This document shows positions 23,356 through 36,745 of a stretch of DNA of 64,000 bases, piece by piece. This DNA is from Antedon mediterranea. Its lineage: Eukaryota; Animalia; Echinodermata. The DNA lies in contig NC_092673.1 of NCBI RefSeq assembly GCF_964355755.1, positions 13,674,948 through 13,738,947 on the forward strand, written 5' to 3'. Below the pieces are notes generated by a model, which worked only from the letters and a program-made list of their open reading frames with translations, did not search any database and was not told the origin of the DNA. Position numbers and translations under genes: made by a program. The first letter of the stretch is position 1, and each line of letters begins with the position of its first letter.

Positions 23356-25416
23356 GGTTCTAGGACACCTACCCCCTAGACAGTTACCCCCTAGTCAGTT
23401 ACCCCCCGGATGTTTACCACCCGGACAACTACCCCCTTAGGACAACTACCCCCGGACAATTACCCCCCGGACAACTACCCCCTTAGGACAACTACCCCCT
23501 TAGGATAACAACCCCCGGACAACAACCCCCGGACAACTAACCCCCGGACAACCACCCCCTTAGGACAACTACCCCCTTAGGACAACTACCCCCCGGTCAA
23601 CTACCCCCGGTCAACTACCCCCCGGTCAACTACCCCCCCCCCCCCCAATCTAAAAGTAGACAAATATATAGGACCGGTTTCTGTAAAAATGAAATCATCT
23701 GTTTTTAACGGGTGTTTCGAAACTAGAGACCCGAGACCAGAGACCTGACACGAGACCCAATACGAAAAGGGAGACCTATATTTGGGTCTCCCTTTTCGTA
23801 TATTAGGGTCTCCCTTTTCGTATAGTCTGGTCTCTTTTTTCGTATATTTGGGTCTCCCATTTCGTATATTTGGGTCTCCCTTTTCGTATATTTGGTCTCC
23901 CTTTTCGTATATTTAGGTCTCCCTTTTCGTATATTAGGGTCTCCCTTTTCGTATAGTGGGGTCTCCCTTTTCGTATAGTGGGGTCTCCCTTTTCGTACGT
24001 GGGTCTCCCTTTTCGTATATTTAGGTCTCCCTTTTCGTATTGGGTCTCGGGTCTCATGGTCTCTGGTCTCGGGTCTCTAGTTTCGAAACACCCGTTTTTA
24101 ACCGATTATTCTGTTTAACAGCACGCTAGGCCCTAGATGTGCTAGATTTAAAGTACCGTATTTATTGAAAAAAACGGCGTGGGCTGTTTATTGTTTAGGT
24201 GGTTTTTAGGTGGACATTTATTGGAAGGAAGTTGTTTATTCAATGGGAGGGGGTATAATCTAATGGAAATAGACGCCGATTATTCCATATGATGTGTCAT
24301 GAGAATGACATGGTCACCGTTTATTTGAGGGGAATTTATTTAAAGATCGCCGTTTATTCGGTGAGTGAACATTGAGGTCAAATATCAAAAGTGATATTAT
24401 TCTTCAAGTGTACAAAAATACAAATGACAAATTTGAGACAAAAATTAATTCTTTTAAGACCAGTGGTTATCGAAGCATTGTCCTGACGCAAAAATTATTA
24501 TTATTATTAGCGAACCCAGTCTTTACAGTAAATACAGGGAGTACTATATAATACGTTCGACTATCCTATGATCATGTGTGACAATCTTCAGTTTATACCA
24601 GGCTATATTTATGTTCAATCTTTTACTTTTGTTTACAATAATGAATAGTAATTCGTCAAAGTAACGAATTAAAATATAGTTATTAATTCCTATTATACGC
24701 TGTTGCAGAGTCAGGTTGTTGAATGGTCTGGGTGGTAGTTGTCCGTCCGGGGGGTAGTTGTTCTAAAGGGATAGTTGTTCTAAAGGGATAGTTTTCTGGG
24801 TGGTAGTTGTCCAGGGGTTAGTTGTCCTACGAAGGTAGTTGTCCTAAAAGATTATTTGTCCTCGGAGTATTGTCCAGGTCCAGGAGGTAGTTGTCCTACG
24901 GGGAGTATTGTGTCAGAGGCAGTTGTCCGCGGGGTAATTACCCGGGGGGGGGGGGGGGGGTAATTGTCAAGGGGTAATTGTTCCTAGGGGGTAATTGTCC
25001 AGGGGTTAGTTGTCCTACGGAGGTAGTTGTCCTAAAAGATTATTTGCCCTCGGAGTATTGTCCAGGAAGTAGTTGTCCTACGGGGAGTATTGTGTCAGCA
25101 GAGGTAGTTGTCCGCGGGGTAATTACCCGGGGAGGAGGGGGTAATTGTCCGGGGTAATTGTCCCTAGGGGGTAATTGTCCCTAGGGGGTAATTGTCCCTA
25201 GGGGGTAATTGTCCCTAGGGGGTAATTGTCCAGGGGGTAGTTGTCCTAAGGGGTAGTTGTCCTAAAGGGGTAGTTGTCCTAAAGGGGTAGTTGTCCTAAA
25301 GGGGTAGTTGTCCTAAAGGGGTAGTTGTCCTAAGGGGGTAGTGGTCCAGGTGGTGGTTGTCCGGGGGGGGTAGTTTTCCGGGGGGTAAATGTCCAGGGGG
25401 TGAATATCCGGATACG
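23356..25416. mobile_element. MULE-type foldback with tandem GGACAACTACCCCC subterminal arrays
   Basis: 9-bp TSD GCTATAATC (23347-23355, 25417-25425); C-rich array 23362-23646 mirrored by a G-rich array ~24730-25405. Confidence 0.85.
23710..24093. mobile_element. MULE-type MITE with an internal minisatellite
   Basis: TIR GGGTGTTTCGAAACTAGAGACCCGAGACCAGAGACC; 9-bp TSD GTTTTTAAC; internal ~20-23 bp units GGGTCTCCCTTTTCGTATA. Confidence 0.9.
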
Positions 25417-26939
25417 GCTATAATCACCTGGAGAATATACTAGTCGAATACCGTACACCATGTGGCCGCCAAGAAGGGCTTGCGCTGGGGGTACGGCGAT
25501 CGTGCGTATAACTACTGTATAAATAAATACTATTCCAATCGTACGTAAACGTTTACAAATGAAATTTTATCGCCATAATGAACAAATCTTTCCATCATAT
25601 TTTTAGTATAACATCATGCTAAAATGCCTTGAAAACTAGGCAGAAGCAGGTTGCCGTTACGTTAGTTAGTTACTTTAGCTAGGCCTAGCCTACTCAGGCC
25701 TAGCAAACGAGGTGACGATAGCCTAGGCCTATGTACAATCTGTGTGGTGAGGCATTTATGTTCGGTGTATAAGACGCACCCTTAATTTAGAGGTCAAATT
25801 TGCGTGTCAAAAGTGCGACTTATACACCGAAATATACGGTACATGCATTAGGGGAAGAGGTCAGATATGGCATTTCTGTTTGCTTTAAAAAAAAACATTT
25901 TATTACAGTAAATATAAAAAGGCATACTGCGAACAATTTGAAACAAATTTCAAGTCTGTGTGACCATTAGTTACCGAGATATGATGATAGAAGGTCAAAG
26001 GTCAAATGGTCAGAAATGGCATTTCCAGTTATTTCTGGTCAAAATGTTCCATTAGAGTAAATAGAAATATGTACCTTACGAACATTTAAAGATTAAAACC
26101 AAGTCTCTACGATTAGTGGTTGCCGAGATACAAGTACTTGATAGCATAAGCGGCCATTTTGAAAAAGGCGCCCCCAGCGAATGAAAAACGCGTTTAGAAT
26201 TTGGACAACAAGTTGGAAGTTGTTCGTTGTGATGTCCTTGATCACTTAAAAGTGAAAAATCAAACTTGGCTAAATATATGAAGTAAATACAAATATTTAA
26301 AATACAAATGCTGCCTGACTATAACATATAAATGGTTAAATTCAACCAAAAATCCATTGGCTGGCAGCCAATTTGACCATTTTTTGCTTTAAATTACATT
26401 TTTTTTAGGTAAATACAATTTGTTTAGATCTGAGTTTTGGTCATAGTGGATAACTATTGTGTAAATTTAAAATTCCATATTCAACAAAAAATATTTTAAA
26501 AATTATTTTTCAGGAGGACAATACATCTTTAAGTCTAACTTATAATTTTCAACATCTAAACTACAACTGTCTTCGAAACAGTTAAAAATAACTGATGATT
26601 AAACAATTCGCGGTCATAGCTGTTCTAATACTCTGGGACACACTTCGCTGTTTGAAGAAATGGACTGGCCAAAACAATGTAGCGGTTACAACTTAAAATA
26701 AGGTAAATGGTTTTTAATTCCTTTGTTTGTGAATGAGTAGTATTTTCCCTTTATGTTTAGGTACTTCATCACACAATACAAATATACTTCCATTAAATAT
26801 AGTTTTAGGGAAATTAGCAGTAAAGTTTTCTGTTTTCAATTTCTAAAAATAGATTTTAAATCAGTCAACAGTCTAAAATTGAAAATCGTTGTTATTCTCG
26901 ACATTCTGTTTACACCGTAAGAAATAACTCGATAGCCTT

Positions 26940-28160
26940 ATTATAACGGTCAACGCTGTAGTCTCGATCGTTCCGTAGACGAAGAATATCAGTCATCGTA
27001 GAATTCATCATCGACTGACGACCTTTAGTGAATGTTCTCCACAAAAACGAAAACACTTTCAGCGTTTCCAGTGGGTAGGACCAAACACAATTTGATTAAT
27101 ACATGCAAGATGTTGCTAATATGCCCAAGAGATGTTTCATCATAAACATTTGTGGCCAATCATTTTCAGCCATGAATACAGAAACGTGATTGCGTAGAAT
27201 ATCTACTTATGAACAAATCCTTGTCGTGTCACACCCATTTTCTCTTAAAACGACATCAAACCTCTCAATCACAGTATTTGCGCTGTGGAATAAGTCATCT
27301 GTCGTTTTAATTTGGGCAACACTGACAAAGAAATGATCTTCCGTAATACATTTAAGACGCTCATGCATAGAAACTTTTAGGACATGGAAAATTTATTGAA
27401 ATTGCTAAAGGCATTTAGTTTTGCTTTCATCCAACGATCCCTCGAGGAGATATCCAAAATAAGTGTACTTTTGTACTGGATGGTCATTTCTTGTCCCCCT
27501 CTTTGGCCATAACACAGCATCATCTTCATGGATGTCATCAATTAGTTGGTGGCTGTAGGAAATCGCATCCGATCGGTAAACACATCCGAGTCCGCATCAT
27601 TGATAATGCTGGACAACGTTGTTATTTTTTGACATATCGACTTGCATATCGATACCAATTCTGGTAGAATGATATCGGCTTTCTGCAAAACCTTAGTTAA
27701 AGGCCGGATTTCTAGTAGTATATCGTACTTTATAGAGTTAAATAACAGGTGATCAATGCGGGTCAACATGTATAAAATTCCCTCCAACTTTGGCTTCACT
27801 TAAACCATAGACCTGTTATGTGGGTGCGATATTTGTTGATTGCAGTAGCCTATCAAGATTGGTAAATTATGATTGTACCTGATGTTCACACCACCTGTTG
27901 ATGTAATTATATTAACAAATTTAAAACCAATATGAAATGCTTTAGAAGTGTGCAATAGGCCTACATCGTACGAAAATGAAAAAAATAATTAATTACTATG
28001 TACCATTTGGGCGTTTGTATCTTCTATGGTTTTGCCCGATTGCTGCCGCAAACCTCTTGAAAAGTCGCCACCTTAGGTTGGCTCGCTTAAATAAACTGTA
28101 GGTCGTTTTCTTGACTTTAGTGTTCGAGGTCAGAATTTTTAAAGGCATCACGTATGGCTT
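26940..28160 (-). pseudogene. hAT (ZNF862-like) transposase remnant
   Basis: YSLFKRANLRWRLFKR..YKRPNGT / RWCEHQ, then DILLEIRPLTKVLQKADI; many stops and frameshifts. Confidence 0.55.
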
Positions 28161-29091
28161 GCTGTTTCTTTTGTTTGGCTGAGATGAGACACAGGTCCAT
28201 ATTTTTTTAATATTTTAAAAATAATTTTTAATATCTTTTAACTCTACAATCTAAAACCTAATTTAACGTTTAGCTACATGGAATGATGTAATTATAAGTC
28301 AATCGGATTTAACAATTTACTTTTCAAAAATAAGTCCAGACCTGTGTCCACGACGTCAGCTTCTGATTGGTTGATAAAGTTCTCTACGCCACGGAGCAAA
28401 CTATTATAAAATAATAACGATCACAATAATTGAAATGTCACAAGTGAATATTCATTAAATAATCAGCTTAAATTCAGTTAAATTAATAATAATCTGCATT
28501 CATCTGCAAAAACATTACATTTGCTACCATTTATTTGTATTTCTTTTTTTATTATTTCTGTTAATTTTGTTGGGTAAAACCATTTCCATAACCCATGTAC
28601 ATCGTAGGCACGCCAAGCCAACATAACACATTTCCCGCTGCCGTGCTGATATCCGCTGGCTAGCATTAAGCTATGCGATGCATATACAATATACACGTAC
28701 GACGTATCATAATATTTATTCACTTTGACCAAAAATTAGATTTTTAAAAAATCATTTAACTGAGATACAGACTTAAAATCTTTTTTTTTTCATTTTTATT
28801 TATTCAAAGGGACAATACATCTTTAAATACAAGTTTTTACAATGGGAAATTTCCAAGTTTATTTGTACCAATATTTAAAAAAGGAAATCGTAAGGCTCCA
28901 AATAACTAGAGGGGTATCATTGATTCCAGTTTTAGGTAAAAAATATATCTATTTACTCAACTCAAGATTAACTGAATGCCGATGGAGAGTTGTGATATAT
29001 TAAATCAGGTAACAGGCTGGTTTTCGCAAAGGATATCGCACTATGGATAATTTTTTTTTCTTGGAAACTGTTTTTCCTCCGGCGTTTCACT

Positions 29092-30077
29092 TTAATGCGC
29101 TTTTCCAAGGGACGAGTTGGCAATAACGCATGTAGATAGGCTGTGGGGCTGAGCTCGGCGGCGGCCTTTGGGTAGTATGGAAGGTAGCAGCTCTGATGAT
29201 TTTGATTTTTTAGCTGAATATCCATGTTCGGCGATGCGGGCCAATTTACTAGGCCGTCCCCGCCTGTCACTTTTCCGGCCACCAACAGCCATTCGTTTTC
29301 TTCGAGCAATTGCAGTCCGTGGCACAGATATTCGTTTTACCCCTGTCAAGTCACTCTTTCACATTCCTGCAGGATACTTCCTGAATGTAGTTAGAGCAGA
29401 CACTAACGCCGAGTCAAATTCTGTGTCAGAGAGGCGGATCTTGGTAATGTCCACTTTGGATGCTTGTGGCATGAATTTGGTTAACTTTTTATTTATTTTA
29501 TTTATTACCATCTTTACTGAGGGTAGCCTATCCAGTTCCAATAGAACTGATCATGCCCTCGATAAAACATACATACAGTACAACACATTAAATATTAAAT
29601 ATTCAAATGACATAATATAGACCTATAAATTTACATTGATTATATAAAATTCCTATAGAAGTTAAAATTGTTGACAGATAAAAAATATACACAGTACAAA
29701 CAATATTAACTTACCCGCCGCTGAAAAAGGGGCCGTTTTGACCTGCTTTGCCATGTTTATGATATTTCGTGTGCTAATCGAGTCGAATGCAGTTTTAATG
29801 ATGCACTCTTGGCGTTCCATATCTGTTTTTTTGTTCGTGTCGACACATTTCTGTATTTTTTCAATCAATTGCTTGCTTGCGAGTATTATAATAATATAAG
29901 GTATGGTTTAAAGATCTTTGGCTATGTTCGGCTTCGGGATGTTATACCACTCTTAGGCCTAGGCTAGGCTAGGCTATATGGGTCGTCGGTTTCGTGTTAT
30001 GGGTCGTCCAATTCTAGGTCGTCCAATTCGAGGTCGTTGGGGTCGTCCAATTCGTGGTCGTCGCTTTCTACACACCC
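29092..30077 (-). mobile_element. Internally deleted MULE-type element: one TIR plus C-terminal transposase exons
   Basis: Terminus matches the 15836-17574 family (..CTTTCTACACACCC). Exon ending APFSAA|GTAAG at 29715, then KRISVPRTAIARRK..GRP..PHSLSTCVIANSSLGKAH*, resembling C-termini of SWIM/MULE transposases. Confidence 0.65.
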
Positions 30078-30529
30078 TACTTTGTCCACTTCTTGTTGAA
30101 TTGGGGGCAACATTTTTAACAAGACTTCTTCAATGTCAAGCCCTATCTCTACTGCTGCTGCTGGTATATCATCATCTAATAGTATGCCTGCCTCTACTAT
30201 GCCTAGATCAGATTCTAATTCCATTTGTGTTTCATTCTGTTTATCTTTTTTTCTCTATTAATTATATTATCAAATAAACACATTATTTATTTAGCAATAG
30301 AAATAGGCCCTTTTATGCCTATCTTGGCTATGCGTCATACACGTGACATAGGCCTATAGTTAGGCCCATAAATATTAATATTATTAGCCTAATATTACTG
30401 TGTTCATGAATATGATAAACCAAAAATTTTAGTAATTTAATATTAGATTTAGAAAGTATGATGTGTAATCTGTAAATTAGACGTAGTCATGGGATATTGT
30501 ATTTTAATTTATTTTATTCAAAATATTTC

Positions 30530-31415
30530 TTACAATTTGGTACGAGGCCAGCATTTTGTTGTTCTTCCACTACTACTTCTTCTGAATCTTGGCCTACTAT
30601 CATACAACTATCGCTCTCTTGACTACTACTACTACTTTGCTCTTCCACGTTTCCACCCTGTACTGAACTGATAACAGTCAGTGGTCTTGCAAGTGGGGTG
30701 TGTCCCCAGATCGAATAGCATAGATCATAAGCAAAGAAGTTCTTTCTTCTTTCCCCAGATGTCCTTGTTTTTTTTAGAGGTGTGTTTTATTAACAACACC
30801 TACTTCCTATATAATAGAAAAGAAGCAACCATTACCTTTTTTAGATTTTATAACAGCAAATATATAGCCTGCATAGTCTATATAGGCCTACCTATTATAG
30901 GGCATAGCTAGGCCTTATTCATTATATAGGCTAGAGTAGGCTAATTTAAGCCTAGGCTAGTTTAATGAAAACCAGGTTAGGCCTAGACTGCCTCTATCTA
31001 TTCTAGGTCTAGGCCTAAGCCTATTATATAATAAATATAGGCCCAGGCATAGGGGCCTACTAGATAGGCAAAGACTAGGCCTAGGCCTATGCTAATTAAG
31101 TATGTAACCAAGTTATATAATTGCCCTATTATTATTAGGCCAAAGGGGACTAGGGACTACTTAAAAAACTAGCCTAGGCCTATTAGCATCTAGCCTAGGC
31201 CTAGCTGGTACAGTATAGATAGGCCCCTAGTACTAGTAGGCCTAGGCCCTAGGCCTATGTGTATGGATATATTTACTCACTAGTAACTTCCTTGTAACCG
31301 CTTCATAAACTCTCCTCTCCCTGCTGGTACCATTCACCATTTTACAGATTTCTGTATCTGTTCTGATACTTAATAATACTTGTATTTCATCCGTAGTCCA
31401 TTGGGTATATGCATG
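30530..31415 (-). pseudogene. Myb/SANT (trihelix) Harbinger accessory gene remnant
   Basis: WTTDEIQVLLSIRTD..VNGTSRERRVYEAVTRKL|GTGAGT; next exon TSGEERRT..YDLCYSIWGHTPLARP; Harbinger-like subterminal repeat upstream at 31620-31785. Confidence 0.7.
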
Positions 31416-32764
31416 ATTTTAAAACTTTATCTTTCTTTTTGATTTTCAGTTTATATTTACCGCGGTGATAGGATCGTATCGTCGATCGTAGAATTATTAT
31501 ACTAAAAGTATTAATATTCTTTTCCAATTTAATTTTGCAGATTATTTAAAAACAAAATATTATCATTTTAAAATTACTTATTGAGCGAGGATAGTAAACG
31601 GGTAAAGATACGTTGAGCATTTTACACCGCCAACACGGGTTCATCCCGGGTGTGTCCCGGGTTGACTTCACGCTGAATACATTCCGTTTTACGTCGTTTA
31701 CACTGGCCTACATTTCCGCATTTTTGCGTCCCGGTTATGACTCTGGTTATACAATTCCGGATCAACTCCGCATTTTTACTGGCGGGGTATAATTGTCAGT
31801 ATTGTCATATTTTTCCAGTAATTTGCCCCGATATGTAAAATTCGGACTAGTCCATCACTGTTGATCTATCACATAATAAATATCAATAATATCATACTCA
31901 CTTCTTTCACCAATTTCAAGCTCGTATTCCATACATCGGCTGTCAATGTACATTCACCAATACTGTGGAACATATTTAAAAGGTCTTCTAAATTGTATCT
32001 ACTAATGATCTGTAGACTTGATTAATGTCTAATGTTTAGGGGCTAACATTTTCTGAGTTTGTTCTGTAAAAAATATGAACATTCATAAACATAACACAAT
32101 ACTCAGCCGGGTGTTAATATATAAATTAAAATCCAATTATTCATAATGGCGTATAAAAAAAAACGGTCAGTCAAATAACTGCTATTTTTATAAAATGATC
32201 GATAGGCCTAAAATTATAAATAGGATATGCATTTATAGTTTATTGTCAAGGACTTTTTTTACCCTGAATTAATCTACATTTTCACCCGACTAACTCATGG
32301 AACATATATAAATATTTTATTTTTTTTGATGGCCTGCTGTGCTTCAATATATTTCATTCCATTCAATATTTTCTTGATTGTTGTTGAATGACCTTGATAA
32401 ATCCCTGCGTAATTAAAAACCAAAGTAAATTATTATAGTACACTGGTCTAGCCATACCTGTACAACTTCAATATGGATGACATCTCATATCTCACAACAA
32501 AGAGATTTCCACTTCACTTTGAAATTGTTCTTTTTGTTCATAATTCAGCTAGTAGCAACTATCTAGTAAAGTAAAAATCCATTGGCCAAGATTTAGGTTG
32601 AATATTCAACATTTTTACAGTAGAACTCAACTTACGAGAAGTTCATATGCATTAATTCCGTTCAATAACAAGCTTAATGTCACAAATAATTTGTATGGTG
32701 AAAAATAACAAAACAGACAATAATAAAGAACTGTTGAGAAGGATTATTTTTGAAACATCTCTGC

Positions 32765-33115
32765 ACTTGCCACTTTTGAAGGTAGAAAAATGTTCTGTCA
32801 CATAGCAACATTGATGAATTTCAACGCCCTTAAAAATTGTGTTTACAGATCCTGTTCTACAAATTAATTCATCAAACAATTTAGTGTTACTGTACAGTAA
32901 TATATGTAATATATTCTATAAATAAAGCAAAATGTTGGTTAAATTATTTTAATATACATTTTGGTTCATCTTCTTACCTGACACTAAAATTGCAGCTGAT
33001 ACATGCCATACCTCTACATTTTTGACATCTGTCAAAAAGAGCCAGTAGTTGCATTTGCCCAAAAATATACTTCCTCTGTGCCCCGTCTGTATGTGCTCGT
33101 GCTTCATCTTTTATA
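32765..33115 (-). pseudogene. Second, diverged Kolobok transposase remnant
   Basis: QRKYI..LLALFDRCQKCRG..SAAILVSG|GTAAG and TQFLRALKFINVAM..DRTFFYLQKW|GCAAGT are homologous to exons 3-4 of the 9752-14608 gene. Confidence 0.8.
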
Positions 33116-35739
33116 ACTTTTTAAAAATGTTCCAATCTGTAAAAGTCCTTTGGATTCTCTTTCCTTGTTTCCAATATGGAATTATACCCGGAGTTACTTA
33201 CTTACTACTCCGGGTTTTATCTGGCTGACCGTCTTTATAATTAGGTTATGACCTTTGATAATATTGTGTCTTTAGACACGCTTGAATTTAGTCATGGGGA
33301 CGTTCTTCATAGCATTTGCTGCAAAGTGTTTGATTTATATATTCGTGCATGTTGTTTTTCTCTTGAATTGGCGATATAACACCTTGTTTGCTCTTGTAGT
33401 GGAAGAGGTATCCTCATTGGCGTAGTTAGTGTGAATGGTTTAGCGTTTTCCTGAAGCTTAATAGCATATATATACAGTTCTTAGCAAACCTAGATCATTA
33501 AAGATTCACAGATTTTCCCGTTTCAATTAAGACTTGGTTATACTTGTGTTCACATTTTCAAATTTGTTAATTACTTTCAAAGTCAAGGAAAGGTTCATTT
33601 AAGTTCTTTACAACATATATAGGTTGAATTCCCATTTTGTTATTGAGTTGAAACTTTCCGTCAAACATCCCTACAACATATGACTTATGAGAAGATTTTT
33701 ATTTATTTACTTTCTTAATGTAATATTTGGAAAGGTTTCCCGTATCAGGGTCTTGTACTAAATAAATTTTCTTTGATCTACACATATGCATAAGTATGAT
33801 TAGCAAACAATATAAATAATTTGTTTTAAAATAATATCAGTGTTTGGTATACAAAATGAATAGCAAACCTGTTTTCCTTGTATGTATTAAATATAACATC
33901 TTGGTTAACCTTCTTTGATAATAATATTTCTGCATGCATTTTGAGTCTAGTATAGGTGCCTCTCATGCTTTAAATTCCCACTGCTATAAAATTTGCTGTC
34001 AACATTTTTTTAAGAGTAAGCAAAATAACCCCACTAATTCAGCTAGCTAAAGGTATAGTTCTGATTTACAAGTCAAACAAAAACAAAATTAGATAAACTA
34101 GGTGCAAACATGATTTCTGGAGTTAAAGATCATTTTCTGTACTTTTATTTTTTTATTTGGCAATATCGACTTTTTAACAATTAGGAATATGTTATGTAAG
34201 TGTAAAAACAAACCCAGTACATTAAAATATATATGAAAACTTTGCAGATTCAACACATTTCTTTAAAAGGTGTCGCTGTTACAATACCACAGGCTAACAT
34301 CTTGTTATCTGTTTCTATATCTCTCAACCATTTTTTTGGAAACTTCAAGAACGGACGTATTATGTTTCCATACCACAACTTAGAAGTTTATGTCTGAATC
34401 AAGTTTTGTTGTCCATGTTATGAAGATTACATAGATCATATGATGAATTTTGAACTTAGAACAGAGTCATAAGAAAACTATATTATCTCCAATCCGAAGA
34501 AATTACAAGAGTTTGCAGTAAAAAATATATAAAGAGAGAAATAGGAAAGCATCCACAATTATCTTTATAATCTTCATCAAAGAAGAGAGATGACCCTTAG
34601 CAACAAACGAATCACGATATCTCTTTTTAATAAAAGCATCCACTTCTAGGGATAGTATGACTAATAGCTACATTATGGAAGGGATGAAGTTCGTCAATTT
34701 TAATATGACGAAACAAATTAAACCTGAATATTGATGTTGTTATTCTATGATAATGGAAATGTGCACAGTTTATTGGCAGTGGAGAATTGATGCAGAATAT
34801 ATTACCTGTAGAATAAAACAATAAAGAAGTTGAACACGCTTTGGATGCACAAACTATCATGACAGGATTAAACCATTTCGTATAGTATGGAACTATTTTT
34901 GGGAAATGAGAAAGAAATACTGATCTTCAATGACCTATTACAATGTCGTGTTGATCAAGCAGAATATGATGGTAGTGGGCTCATGCTCATGATTTGTAGA
35001 AGTTTAGTGATATTGATTGTTCTTCTACATTAGCCCAGGCAACTTTTGTGTTCTCACAGGCAGATGAAAGAATGTCATCTTTACATTAAAAAGATTGAAA
35101 CTCAAATCACCATCCAAACATCTGTTTTAAAGCAATGGTTGGTTGTCTGCTTAAAGTGGCTTGCAGTTTATAAAGAAGTAAAAACAATAAATCAAATTTA
35201 TTTATCAAGCAGAGAAAGTTGTAATATATAAGCCAAGTGCAAGCAGACAACTAAGACTGAAGATGGTTAACCTGTGGTTTTGTACCCGAAGACACATTGA
35301 AAAGAATTGTTGTTTAACTTTAAGGTCAATGGAAACAAACCAAAAGAAACTAAGAGGAAACAACCAAATTGTGGTGAATTATCTATATACTTGACTTTGA
35401 CTCCAATGTACTGTACCACTAAACAACATTGTGGACTTCAACTTTATAGGTTCATTTAAGTTAGACTTTAATGTGTCAAAATATTTTTGTAAGATATATT
35501 TTTCAATTGCCAGATAAAAATATACAGAGCAATGACCTTTAACTACAAACAATCATGTTACCACCTGTTTTCATAAATATTCAGACTCATGGCTAGGTAG
35601 GGTTGTTATTATTTAATGCAAGGCGTTAAAACATTCAATTCAATTCAAGAAACATTTACATTGACCAAAAATATTATATCATAACAATGGTTGGCATATA
35701 ATATATATAGTCGAGAGACTACAAAAATAGGTCTAAGCA

Positions 35740-35995
35740 AATAGAACTATGTATACATCCATGACAAATGCATGAAAGTTTACATTGTAAATTTTTTAAA
35801 TTTGATTTATATAATGTTGCCTTCAAATATTACCGATTTGTTTTTACTACTTACAGAATTGCATTTTAATTCAAAATAATTTCAAACATAATTATTAAAC
35901 AGACAATTATCTGATTAATTTTTTATATGAAAGTATCATATCACCGATGCCAACTGTACAGTTTTTAAAATTGTACACCTGAAAATATATTTGAC
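35740..35995 (+). repeat. Dispersed repeat paralogous to 679-1223 (empty site of the 789-1069 MITE)
   Basis: ATAGAACTATGTATACAT..ATTGCATTTTAATTCAAAATAATTT..GACAATTATCTGA..TATCATATCAC.GATGCCAACT is shared with 679-1223. Confidence 0.85.
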
Positions 35996-36419
35996 TTAAA
36001 CCTAGGGTTTAAACTAATAGATAGAAAAGATATACAGTAGTAGCACTCAGTTCAAGCTAGCTTCTGCATTCTTGTGCATTTCTTATTAAATGACCAATCC
36101 TTTAGTGTAGGATACTAGTCTATTAGTAGAAGGTACCTAATGAAAAGTTAAATGGAAGTCAACTTTTTTGTTCTATATTGTATGGGCTATTCATAATATA
36201 TAATATATATAATATAATAATTGTCAAAACGGTTCAAAAGAGATGATGCACAGAGAAGGCAACAAGATGATTTAGGCAATAATGGACAGAAAAACAATTA
36301 AATAATTAGGTCAATTTATTTTCTAGCATAGATTGCATTATCATCAATTCCACAACACCAGCCTATGCAATGCCACTGCAAATGTTTTGTTTTGTAACTA
36401 GGTCCTTCAATTTTTTTTT

Positions 36420-36745
36420 GCTTTGTGTTCTTTTTCGCATTTTTCTTTTGCGGCATCTTCTTAGGCCTTTTTGTTTGCTTTAGCTTCTGAAAAAGTAATA
36501 AATTCTAAGTCTAATAAGCACTTTGGAGGGTTGAATCTTTTGATCGATTGCCTCCACTGGAAATGGAAATAGGCCGGCCTTTCCAAACCACTTGCTGCAT
36601 TTTTCTTGTTTGCGGATTCAGCCCATGCCAGAGTGAAAACAATGTTTGTTTGTTTACAGTTTCCCCCAAGTTGCTGAACTGAAACCTGTGCACAGTCTCC
36701 ATAACGACTTCGAAGAGGAATAAAGTGATACACAGAGGAGAACAT
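36420..36745 (-). pseudogene. pogo/DDE_1-type transposase C-terminal remnant
   Basis: Across frameshifts: ETVNKQT..VFTLAWAESANKKNAASG / GKAGLFPFPVEAID, followed by a Lys/Glu-rich tail. Confidence 0.55.

Larger units (their letters stand above)
22966..25839. mobile_element. pogo/Tc2-type non-autonomous element carrying nested inserts
   Basis: TA|CCGTATATTTCGGTGTATAAGTCGCAC ... GTGCGACTTATACACCGAAATATACGG|TA (27-bp perfect TIR). Confidence 0.9.

Noticed and set aside
23803-24057. 84-aa ORF with repeated IRKGRP/YEKGD
   Set aside because: Translation of the MITE's internal minisatellite.
23362-25405. Regularly spaced repeats resembling a CRISPR array
   Set aside because: Units are contiguous with no unique spacers, there are no cas genes, the context is eukaryotic, and MULE-type foldback/MITE structure explains them.
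29997-30277. ORFs with DDP/GRP repeats
   Set aside because: They read through the GACGACC subterminal repeats of the MULE TIR; not credible proteins.
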